A DNA stretch of 64,000 nt, taken from NCBI RefSeq assembly GCF_031769215.1, contig NW_026781955.1:1178001-1242000 (forward strand), given 5' to 3'. Below the pieces are notes generated by a model. That model was given only the letters and a program-made list of their open reading frames with translations. It was not told the DNA's origin and ran no database searches. Each line of letters starts with the position of its first letter. Positions within the stretch are counted from its first letter, which is position 1. The position numbers and the translations under genes are program-made. Of this stretch, positions 12,124 through 23,532 are shown piece after piece. Origin of the DNA: Ylistrum balloti. Its lineage: Eukaryota.

Positions 12124-15100
12124 ATGGCAGACGACAAACCAGCACAACAAGAAAAACTAAAACAGGTAGGAGAACTGAAAAACATTTAACTAGTGTGTAG
12201 TATCCGGAAAGAGATTCCATGTTTTTGGAATTGTTGATTTCGAAAGTGAAAGTAAACAAATCTGGACTGAGTTTTATTGAACTGTACAATATATTTCTAC
12301 ACATGATTAATATAATAGGAGAACCAATAATTCATTTTCTTTGATTTGTAATAAATCGGGGGTCAGTTTGAGCCAGGGTCTCGTAATGATGATGGAGCAT
12401 CATGTACATTGTACGGGGGCGTGCCTTGTATACAATTTATTGCCAATGTACATCTTCAACTTCATGTGTGTATTTCTTTGTACAGAGAATTAAGATATCA
12501 ACAATCAACTAATACACATTGTAAAACAAAAGATGGTCCGTGATTCAGCTTCTTGATAAACATACATTGACCTTGTAGGGTTCGAACCATAACCGACGGA
12601 GATTTCGAGGCCTCAAAAATAGCCAATTGTTTACATTGATGTGTCTCGTGCTAAAGAAGTTCCTATCTAGAATCTAGTTTCGTTATATTACTAAACTACA
12701 TTTAATTTGTAGTAAGGAAGAATACAAGGTAAACATTTATGTAAATCCTTACCTGATGATTATAAGTGAGAGTAAGGTTAGTAAGAAAGTACACCAAAAT
12801 GTGTTTGTATAGGGAACACATTAACGAAGAGCATATAAAATACAAATTCGGAGTTAGAAACTGTAAAATAAATGACATTATACCACTGTTTCGTGCTTCT
12901 AGGACTCGTCAGTGATGCTAACGGTTTCGTCCTTGTAGGACTCGTCAGTGATGCTAACTGTTTCGTCCTTCTAGGACTCGTCAGTGATGCTAACTGTTTC
13001 GTCCTTCTTGGACTCGTCAGTGATGCTAACTGTTTCGTCCTTCTAGGACTCGTCAGTGATGCTAACGGTTTCGTCCTTGTAGGACTCGTCAGTGATGCTA
13101 ACTGTTTCGTCCTTCTAGGACTCGTCAGTGATGCTAAAAGGAACACATTTTGAAGCCTCAGAGTTGACTTAGTAAAGTCTAGATCGTTAAAATCGAAATG
13201 AGAAGGCGCATTAGCCGGTACGAATGTTTCGGAGTCTGGTAGACATTTAAATTTCTACCAGGGGTTTTAAAATCAATATAATTCATAATAGTATAAATCC
13301 TGTTGATTTAATTTCTACTGACAGCAGATGAGAGCATGTTTAATTTCGAGCGATAATATATATATCCAATCGATATTCACTGCGCCGCCAATAGACCACA
13401 CAAGGTAGCAGGGAAAACACGTAACGTAAGCGTGCAAAGGTAAATGTGTATTGTATGAATATAAAGTCTTGACACAGGAATAACCGAGATATGTTTGTGA
13501 ATAGATCAGGTGTATTTAATAAATAACTTTTGTACAGAATTTACACACAAATGGCGACAGCAGAAATTTTATGACTTTGACAGCCATTTTGCAGGACATA
13601 GATCTGGTTTGATACAAATCCATTCAGATTCACAAAATTTCTTCCAAACATGTAAACAGGTATATGTTCCGTTAATATATTCTCAAAGATGATTGAATAG
13701 AAACAAAGTATCATTTCAACTTGATAACCATCGACAGCTGCTTCCAAGAAAAGTGATCCTGCCATCGAGGTCACTCATGTTTACAACGACAAGTAGTGCA
13801 CCGTGTCACCTCAACAACATGTATTGGAACTCTTTTTGCTTTCGTGTTGACCGACATCTTGGCGGGAGTTCCTGATGTCGTAGGTTTGTCCTTTCAGGCG
13901 TATCTTGACACTAACTGCAGTGGGTGCTCCATTATCTGACTTAACAAAAGATCCAGCGTAATTTAAAGCATGAACAGTAAATATAGGAATTAAAGTGACA
14001 TCTAGACGGTGTTATGAAAGATAGAAATAGATAATTAAATATTGTTATCATACTGAATTCCATTGTTCGATAAAACCACGACACGTCTTAAAGTCTTCGA
14101 TGTTGTTTGGGGGAAAAGAGAGGGGGTTGGGGGTGGGGGAGGGGGATTGGGGATTGGGGGATGGATGAAAATGGAATAAAAACTGCATCTGAATTTATCA
14201 AATAGTGCACAATGGGTATATTTGCCCCCGTAACGTTAATTAGAAGCTTTATTTTTGTAGTAGAATTTTTATTTGAAAATGTTTACTGTATTGGATATGC
14301 TATCGATGTCTCTAGATAAGAGTGGTATTGGCAGCGAGCTGTCAGGTCTAAAACGTGATTAATATAGAGATAACAGGAACATATCAATAGTGAATCTTAA
14401 TGTGAAATCGGACCAGAATTACATCACGTGATCACTTTTACTTACAATATTGACAACAGAGCAGTCAATATCAAGGTCAGGATGATAGGTAAACTGCATC
14501 ACATAAAGGTACTTTGATATGTTCTTAATTGCACCCCACAACTATGTAGTAAACATATACTTATTTTACTTTTACGATCTTAACGGCCCGTCAACACATG
14601 AAAGGTCATTAGGGTCATTAAACGATGAAAGACAATGACAAAAAAAGGAAATAAGCAAAAATAAAGAAAAACAAACAAACTAAAAGATAAAAGACAAAAT
14701 TCTTAAATATTAATATTATCACAAAAGATAAAAGTGGTGTAGTGAACATTTCAAGCAAAATATAATTCCGCAGGTCATTCTAATAGGCATATATATATAA
14801 ATATTTGTCCCATTCATTCCTTTTGTGAACAATAAAAAAAAAACGAAATGGAACGCTTCTTTTACACACATGACTTTTTACATGCTTTTCTCATAAATCA
14901 AAAATATTTTGTAATTTTCTATATTGAATTTAATAGTTTGCCAAATACTTCTTACTTCTATGGATCGTATGTCTAAAGAATCAAATGTTCGCGTAACGTC
15001 CTTCACCTTAGTAATACATTGGAATCAGCAGCTAAAAGTTAGGATTTGGCAGCATTTCTTTTCAAACCATTCAAACAAAAACAAGCTCAACTTTGTTCAC

Positions 15101-18100
15101 CTATCTCTCCTCAACTGCTCATTTTCCATGGAAAGCACATCATTCAGGTACCATGTATTTTGAGTTCTTGATTTGAAGTTGTCTGCCTTGTTCAAGGCTG
15201 ATGTATGGCAAAAATGTGTCTGGAACAATGTGCTCGCAAAAGCAACGAACATTGCTTGTCAAGCAGAAACGCTCCAGTGTTTATATGAACCAATACCTAA
15301 TGATGATAATGTATTATCTATCCGTGTACAAGAATCAGTATATCTATTTTTCTTTAATTTCACATCATCAAAGTCTCTTTGGTCATGATATAGTATGTGG
15401 TAGTGTTTAATCTTAGTATGTATTTTTCCTTTTCCCGGTGTTGTTTGAAGTTCTGATTTCTAATTTGATGGGGTCTTTTTATGGCATTGGCATTTTTATT
15501 GTGAACCTCCTCTTTCGAATAGAATGACAAAATTGATTCGAATCCTGTTTCTTTTAGTTTAAAGTTTCCAGTTACAATCGGTTCGTTTGACTGGACTCAA
15601 AACTCGGATATGGACAAGTCGACATTTTTTGAAGGATGTGTTTTTATTTTAGAATTTTTACATTTCTTGAATATGATAGATATTTACTTGATCTTCATCT
15701 TATTACAAACAGGTACTAAATTTACGGGAACTCTACCACGGAAGATTCACACAGGATGAAATTAAAACCCTTCTTCAGGAACATGATTGGAATGATGGAC
15801 AGGTCATCAGTTTTATACAAGAAAGTCAGTAATTANNNNNNNNNNNNNNNNNNNNNNNNNNNNNNNNNNNNNNNNNNNNNNNNNNNNNNNNNNNNNNNNN
15901 NNNNNNNNNNNNNNNNNNNNNNNNNNNNNNNNNNNNNNNNNNNNNNNNNNNNNNNNNNNNNNNNNNNAAACCATTTTTCAATGACGTAAACTTAAAGGAA
16001 TTCACTCATGGAATTTTAATATAAATGAAGAATATGGAATTGTTTTGTATTCAGTTTGACTTTTCCTTATGTTACCATATTTCTTTAACATTACAATGTA
16101 TTTGTGGTCATCTTTTCCAACATCATAGTAAAGACTAGCGTTAATTGTGTTCTACGAAAAAAACATAATTCATACTATATATACTTTCGCCATTTGTTGA
16201 CGGGACAAAATATTTGTGCCACAATTATTTATCTATCTTATTATACAGTTTCATACACTTACTACATCGTTACATTACCTGTAACGCGTGTTGGTTTACT
16301 CATGTTAAAGAAAAAGATTTTTACTATTTACTAAAAAGCTATTTTTCCTAGATGAACCAGCGACTGTTCGACAGAGCATCCAACGGCTATCAGAGGTAGG
16401 TTTATGCGTGTTCCCGTTGTGATCTATACAATCTCCTTATCTTTTCTGCTTTTCTCTTTGACAGTACTCGCTCCTATTATTTTGATTTCTGTTAGGACCA
16501 TGTTTTGCCCACAGTGTGTACTGGGTCATTGCGTATCATTTGATTTTTTTGGGGGATCCATTCTGTATCACCTGGTGGTAAGGTCACATTAGACAAAAAC
16601 ATATGGTGACTTATTGCGATATTCTTTTGTCCGACTTCGTCTGTCGCCCGTCCTGCGTTCGAAAAATTTTGACTTCAGGAAAACCTCTGAACCGATTTCA
16701 ATGAAACTTGTCAGAAACTTTCCATAGACAAAGGTAAATCAAAATTGTAAATTATGTGGTCCCTCTCCTCAAGACACTCAAATATAGTAGAATGAAATAC
16801 TCTTCATGGATCGAAAGGTCTTAAGGTCAAAGGTGTTTTACCAAGATTGTAAATTTCATGACCTCAGGTCCACACATATTCCCTTTTGGAGGGGGCAGAA
16901 TTACCTAGTTTTCGTTGGAGTTCCTTCCGTATTGTCTGTTTGAAAGCACAATGGCAACATAATCATAACTGAAACTCAAATTCCATTAAACAAGCACAAA
17001 ATATGAACAGAAGAAATATTTACACGGAGACTTCTGAAAAAGTACAAGGAGAATTCGACCAGGTGTTCCGGCAGAGTCAGGTCTTCTGCTTCATCAACGA
17101 CACTCGCTATGTAAACCTTGGTCAACCCAAGTAAGTAATGCCACGTTCTCAAATGAGAACAAGGTATACAACAACGGAACCACCCAGCAAAATAACTAGC
17201 ATCAAACACGTCCATCTTCATGTTGCATATGGAAATATAATATTACTGAATGACATCACTATGACGACCATAATACTTCCCCATAATTTTCACCAACCTG
17301 CATCTATTGAAGGTATAAACAATACAGGTAAATGAAAAGTGCGGAGAAGCTTTATGGTCGTCATAGTGATAGCATTTAGAAATGTTCATTTTTTTTCAAC
17401 ATATATTCCATTGATACTTCCTTATTGATTTATATCAAAATTTAAGAATCAAGTCAGCATTTCTATATTCTGAGCGATAAGCGGTATTATTCTCCGCTCA
17501 GAGTAGCATGCGTGGCATTTCTAATGATATTTCAATGTTATTACCTACTTTTGCCGAAACAGAACGAAATAAAAGAAATCCAGAGCGATCGGAATATTGC
17601 GCGAAACCTAGCAGAAGGAATAGCCACTCAGAGACGCCTTTTCTCGTGTGAATCCTGTGACCGATTCTGGTGGAGGAAAGTACCAGAAAGGAAACTGGTA
17701 GTTTATTTTTTTTTGTTGTTGTTTTATATAATTATGATTTATTTTTTGTTGTTTTTTGCTCCTATTTTTCTTTCCACCAAATTTTGTTAGATAGACCCTG
17801 ACATACCAATAGCGATTGTTAATTTTATTTTCATTCTTGATGTTTTAAATCTTTGAGATTTGGATATGAAAGTAAGGTAGTGTACACCCTAAAGTGGTGT
17901 CTGCAATCTCCCCGGCTACACCATAAAAGTGACACTACATAAAAGAAATCAAACATGAATATGATGACAAGGGTAGTTTCAATCAAGGCTAGGAATTCCA
18001 ACCTTATTAGTCTTCTTAAATATCAAACCTGATATTGATCTGTTGCAGGTATCGAAATGTCACCGTTGCCATGTGAAATACGAGCCTGTTCCGGTTGAGA

Positions 18101-20203
18101 ATGAATGGGGCTGGGCGATATTCAGTTGTGAATGTGGGAATGAATTCAGGTAGAACTTATCATCAATGCGCTTTATAATTAAACTTTTTTGATACTAGCA
18201 TACCTTACATATATAAGAAAATGTTTGATTGAATTAAGTTGAACAATTGCCAGAACAACATTATGCCGTCTGTTCGCGTTCGAATGTCATCGGACAATCC
18301 AACCATCCCTCCTCTCCGCCACCTTGCCCTTCCGTTCGGAGCCTCTCTTCAGAGTTGGTAGGAACCATTAGTTTTGTTCACACAGGTTCCGAATTCCTAA
18401 AAAAAATCGCAGAAGAGCAAATTGGAAATCGATGATCACGTCTCAATGTAAAAACATTGAGTCGTTATAATTTTGCATTGCTTGGACTCACAAAAAAACA
18501 CAAGTAAAACAAATGTTTCAATAACTCCGTCGGGGAATATTTTTGGAAACTGACAAAAAAAAACTAGAATTTGGTTCGTGCAAAACCGAATGGATCACTG
18601 GACATGACTTTTCCCACTATAGTTTAGATTCTTTGTTTAGTGAACAATATAATTTTAGTTGACTAAAGTATTGTGTTTTACTCCATAATAAGTAATTTAT
18701 GGTTAAAAAGGTCATTTTGTTGGCATACTAACATCAATGCCATTCTATAAAACTCTTTTTATATAGTGGACATGGCCAATGGCAAGTTGGAAGCGAATGT
18801 TACAAATGTGGAAGTGAAGCGTTTGCTACAGGTAAGATGGATGAAAGATTGCACGAGAGACACACAAGTAAATAATACATTTTTATACAAATTTTGATAT
18901 GATAAGAATGTCAAAATGAGTTATACTGCATCTTACAGTTTGTTCGTCTTAGTGATGTTATGGACATAAATGTCAAAACTAAGAGGTGACTGAGGAAAAT
19001 CCAAATTGATCGAAAGAAATGTCAAAAGCTAGATGTGGAGGTGCACAAGCCCTCTTATTCAGTAAATTATGTTTGTCCTGAAGCTCGTCATTGCTGGTAT
19101 CAATCAAAACGCGGCATGAAGGTTACGGTAAACAATATACGAGCACGACGAGGAAAGAAAATCATACGGAGATAAATATTCCTGAACATTTCGATAAAGT
19201 CATAAAGTCAAGGCATAGCTGTTATGCAATTAAATATGTTCTTTTAGTGGAAAGGAAGACTGTCCGAAAAGAAATATTTAGCCCCCGATTGTGCGTGATG
19301 TCGTCATGTCTCGCTTTGATGTTAATGTATTATTTGTTCTTGTTTTAAAGTGGCATCTGGTGGTATTCTGGTGTCCCTTCTGTTCCATTCTCTCTTGCAT
19401 ATTTTTTGTTTAGATTATGGTTTGAAGGCAAATGAACGCTATGTCATATTTAAAAAAACATCAAGGAAATACCAACCTACAACTTATGTGAGTAAATCTA
19501 ACATGGTAAAATTAACTCATTTCATCCAGAAATCCGACCTCCAGTTTATCGTCGGACGAGGCGAACCCGAAGCAGACACAGTTGTAACGCACCTGATTGT
19601 GACGGCACGGGCAACAACGTGATCACAACTGGGGGCTCTCGAAACGACTTGACCGCAAGTAATGACTCTGGACACAACATGACAGGAAGCGAGAATACGG
19701 GTGCCACTGGAGGTGGTGAAACAATCTATAACCGTGGTTCAGGAAGTCGGGAAGAAACAAACAACGGTTATTTGGAAACTGGTGGTCATGTGGTACATGT
19801 CTCCCCTGGACGATATCAAAGAGGCCATTCACACGGAGGTAAAATTATTATATAGGCTAATTTATCTTTCAGTTATTGCATTTGTAACACTAGTGAACTG
19901 GATGTTTCTTTAAAGCACAAGGAGTGAAAAATATGAACAATGATTTTAAAACAGTAATAAATGAAATGTGTTTTTTTTCAAATGCAACAAAAACAACATT
20001 TGTCTTTTTCTTGCTTTGGTCCAGGGCCTCTAGTTATGAACGTGTGTGTGAGTCCAGAATCCAGACAGGGCAAGAAGAAGGTGATATTTGCCAGCAGGAG
20101 ACACATCAGTTCCGGTTCTACAGTAGATACATTCCTTGAACAGGACGATCTCTGCTCCCTGGATTCTTACGTGTCATCCTTACCCGTTATTCAAGAACAA
20201 TGA
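12124..20203 (+). CDS. SHFL: Shiftless-like protein, paralog B (~328 aa, 8 coding exons, with a Gly/Ser/Thr/Asn-rich insert)
   Basis: Exons: 12124-12165 MADDKPAQQEKLKQ; 15713-15824 VLNLRELYHGRFTQDEIKTLLQEHDWNDGQVISFIQE; 16352-16395 NEPATVRQSIQRLSE; 17563-17697 ...RRLFSCESCDRFWWRKVPERKL; 18049-18149 VSKCHRCHVKYEPVPVENEWGWAIFSCECGNEF; 18767-18831 GHGQWQVGSECYKCGSEAFAT; 19530-19838 EIRPP...HSCNAPDC plus insert; 20025-20203 CVSPESR...RHISSGSTVDTFLEQDDLC...LPVIQEQ*. GT-AG introns, consistent phases, 987 nt. An N gap lies in intron 2. Confidence 0.92.
12242..12253 (+). promoter_or_regulatory. Candidate IRF-E/ISRE (GAAAGTGAAAGT)
   Basis: Exact IRF-1-type consensus, 77 bp inside the first coding-region intron of SHFL-B. 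Function is inferred. Confidence 0.5.
12886..13137. repeat. 36-bp minisatellite, 7 units, in SHFL-B intron 1
   Basis: Unit ctgtttcgtccttctaggactcgtcagtgatgctaa. It produces the spurious 12-aa-repeat ORFs 12778..13146 and 12872..13153. Confidence 0.95.
14109..14160 (+). repeat. G-quadruplex-type G-run cluster in SHFL-B intron 1
   Basis: ggggg..gggggttgggggtgggggagggggattggggattggggg. Confidence 0.75.
15836..15967. other. Assembly gap (N run) in SHFL-B intron 2
   Basis: Run of ~132 N, starting 11 bp after the exon 2 donor. Confidence 1.
16590..16950. mobile_element. Oyster Helitron/HINE-like non-autonomous repeat fragment
   Basis: ggtgacttattgcga...gtccgacttcgtctgtcgcccgtcc...aaaacctctgaaccgatttcaatgaaacttgtcag...caaaattgtaaatt resembles a common Crassostrea repeat as recalled. 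Confidence 0.5.
17000..17140 (-). mobile_element. Fragment of a common mollusc SINE/retroelement tail
   Basis: The minus strand reads gaagcagaagacctgactctgccggaacacctggtcgaattc, resembling the widespread bivalve ...acccttccggagcacctgagttc motif (recalled). Confidence 0.35.
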
Positions 20204-21926
20204 CCTCATTGTCAAAAAACTACAAATTCACTTAGATTCACGGAATTGGGTCTTTAACAGCCAAATCAAAATGCGATGATGTAGCTGATTTTTGTCTTTG
20301 AGAAAGATGAATGTGAGAGCATTAGCTATGCGAATCGAATAATGTTTATATTTCATTCCTTCATTCTTGTCTTTGCATTTTGATACATTTTTTTAAAATC
20401 AAATTATTTACATCTTCCATATCCAAGCTTTACATTCCACTTAAATGATTCTGCTAGTTCTTTATGTTCGTTGATAACTTCTTAGTCAGTTACATTGAAC
20501 GTCAGAAATCAACTATGGCATGACCATGACCAAACCAATTTATTGGAACCTGTTATCAGAAGTAAGGTATTTTATATCAAAACATATCCTAACATGTAAA
20601 CTTATATTTAGAACTACGAAATTACTAATATTACTAGTATATGCATGTCTTAAATCCTAAAATTATGATAAACATTATTCTTGGGAGTCATTAATGTTAT
20701 TTGCTTACTTTGTAGGTTGCTGCTTATTGTTAAAGTTAAGATATGATAGTGTTATATATAAACTGCTGGTTTGTCTGTTACATACTGGGCAAATAATGCA
20801 TTTCCAAAACAAAACGTTTTCTTTTATACTCATATTCATACATCATATCAATAGTTTCAAATGCTATTTTATTAACGAAAGAGAAAAAATCCCATGACTG
20901 TCACAACAAAGCAAAAGTGAAAATAGATGAAAGTTCATGACTGATATAGCCTCTCTTGCTTAGCAGGTTTCTATCAATTTTCGCTCAACATTGACTGTAT
21001 ATTTCTATATAGCACTCATAGTCACATACTAAAACTAAAACCTTTAACAGCAAATTAAATTTTGTATAATATTTCATGAGAAAAAACATGAAATTATATG
21101 CACCAACATAATCTTTAAATATACCCATCTTCCTTGCCCTAATACTCCCTATTTCACTTGTATACCTTAAATATAACAAATGAAGTTTTTTTCTAACATT
21201 ATGCTGATAAAATAACAGAATGCGTTTTGCTTTGCTCGAATACATATTTTGGTAACAGTTTTAGTGCTCATTGATCGTATCAAATACGCATGGTTTTCTG
21301 TTTAAAGAATGTGTTCATATACTATGATAAAGGTACGTATCACTTCATGTTTAACTACGTGGGCTTTTTAATGTGCGTTTAAACTGCATTTTTATTTAAA
21401 AAATCTATAATTTGATGTTACCTTTGTACTTTTCCGACGACTTTATGAAAATATTGCTCACCGCCGTCTTCCTAGTTGATTCTTTCTGTTTTTAACATCG
21501 TGGCACTCTGATTGTAATATTTCGAAAAAAAACCAAATGTAATGGAATATATGTTGTCTGTAATATATGCAATGCATTACTGTAAGTATCTAGAAATTCG
21601 TACCATTTCATTATTCATTCAAAGAGCTAATGTGTTTTCGGCAAGGAGCCACAAGGACGATTGAAGAATCGAAAGATATGATGGTAACAACGTTTTGTTT
21701 AAGAATTGAAGATTATAGCACTGAAATAATCAGTATCTGTATGAAATAAGATATGATGGTCACTGTATAGTTTAGATACAACTACAACAAAGTTTTAAGT
21801 TTTTAGTCTAGCATCTTCATACGTACTATTTTAGACAATTTTTCATTTTGAGGACAAGGGTTTGCAGATAAGTGCATTGGAGAAATAACTTTACAGGAAT
21901 GTTAATCAGAATTCGAAGTTACAAAC

Positions 21927-22790
21927 AGACCCTGACATGTCTTAATAATGTCAATATAAAACTTTTGTCACTGTAGACCCTGACATGTCTTAATAATGTC
22001 AATATCAAACATATTACACTGTAGACCCTGACATGTCTTAATAATGTCAATATCAAACATTTTACACTGTAGACCCTGACATGTCTTAATAATGTCAATA
22101 TCAAACATTTTACACTGCAGACCCTGACATGTCAAAATAAATTCAATATCAAACATTTTACACTGTAGACCCTGACATGTCAAAATAATGTCAATATCAA
22201 ACATTTTACACTGTAGACCCTGACATGTCAAAATAATGTAGACCCTGACATGGCAAAATAATGTCAATATCAAACATTTTACACTGTAGACCCTGACATG
22301 TCAAAATAATGCCAATATCAAACTTTTGTCACTGTAGACCCTGACATGTCAAAATAATGTCAATATCAAACATTTTACACTGTAGACCCTGACATGTCAA
22401 AATAATGTCAATATCAAACATTTTACACTGTAGACCCTGACATGTCAAAATAATGTCAATATCAAACATTTTACACTGCAGACCCTGACATGTCTTAATA
22501 ATGTCAATATCAAACATTTTACACTGTAGACCCTGACATGTCAAAATAAATTCAATATCAAACATTTTACACTGCAGACCCTGATAAGTCATTGTAACAA
22601 AGTTTATATCAATCTTTTCACAATGTAGACCCTGACAAATCATCACAAAGTTTATATCAATCTTTTCACAATGTAGGCCCTGACAAGTCATCACAAAGTT
22701 TATATCAATCTTTTCACAATGTAGGCCCTGACAAATCATCACAAAGTTTATATCAATCTTTGCTCACTGTAGACCCTGACATGTCATACA
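21927..22790. repeat. 48-bp minisatellite (~18 units, two sequence subtypes) between SHFL-B and SHFL-C
   Basis: Type 1 is gaccctgacatgtcaaaataatgtcaatatcaaacattttacactgta. Type 2, at the right end, is gaccctgacaaatcatcacaaagtttatatcaatcttttcacaatgta. The array produces the spurious TCQGLQCKMFDIDII-repeat ORFs. Confidence 0.95.
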
Positions 22791-23532
22791 GTTTATTCCA
22801 TAATAACCCTACTGTAGGAATTTACATGTTATAACAAAGTTGATTAAAACATATTCTCAACGTAAACCCTAACATGTTAAAACAAAGTTTTGCTATAAAA
22901 TGTAACATGGCGAAAAAAAATTGTTTAAAGTCCTGAGACTTAATATCTTGTTAAGAACATATAGAAATAAGCTAATAATGAGAGGTGTTCTAACTTTGTG
23001 AAGGTATGTATATATTTTTGCAAGTATAAGTTTAGATTCAAAAGATACCTGTAAATATTAATAACCACAATTTTACATGACCAGCAAGGAAAAGGGGGCG
23101 GTGTTATTTATATTTTCCTACATCACCTGACTTGTTAGTACTAAAGTTAGGAGACATGATTTAACATTTAAAATCAGGTGGATCCTCATTAACGATTATT
23201 GTGACATCAATATGAAAAATAGCGAAGTTGTATTGATTCAGCAAATATTCCTCCGTTAAAATCATTAAGAAGAGTGTATGAACAATATAGTTTCCCCATA
23301 CAGGTGAAATAGTGTCAGGTAAAGCAGACTGCATACACGATCTGGGTACCTCGTTTACAAACAACACACATGAGTAACTATGGACTATGAGTGTTACATA
23401 ACAAAGCCAAGCAATTTAATGTACAACCTTATACGTGCAGCGATAACGATAAAGACGATAGGAAACCAATCCGTCCGTCACACGTCTGACCCCAAACACA
23501 ACTTCTTATGATCTCAGTATCGCCCTGTCGGT

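Noticed and set aside
12778-13153. ORFs with 12-aa repeats on both strands
   Set aside because: They arise from a 36-bp (multiple of 3) minisatellite inside SHFL-B intron 1, with no splice or start context.
13690-13960. GC-richer segment in SHFL-B intron 1 (minus frame ...KRVPIHVVEVTRCTTCRCKHE*)
   Set aside because: It is short, has stops in the other frames and shows no recognisable homology. It is probably a TE remnant.
17000-17128. Plus-strand ORF MNRRNIYTETSEK...LGQP ending at a strong gtaagt donor within SHFL-B intron 3
   Set aside because: It is phase-incompatible with exon 4, has no counterpart in the other paralogs, and overlaps a common repeat motif.
21919-22742. Cys-containing 16-aa repeat ORFs (TCQGLQCKMFDIDII)
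   Set aside because: These are translations of the 48-bp minisatellite, and the frames are broken by indels.
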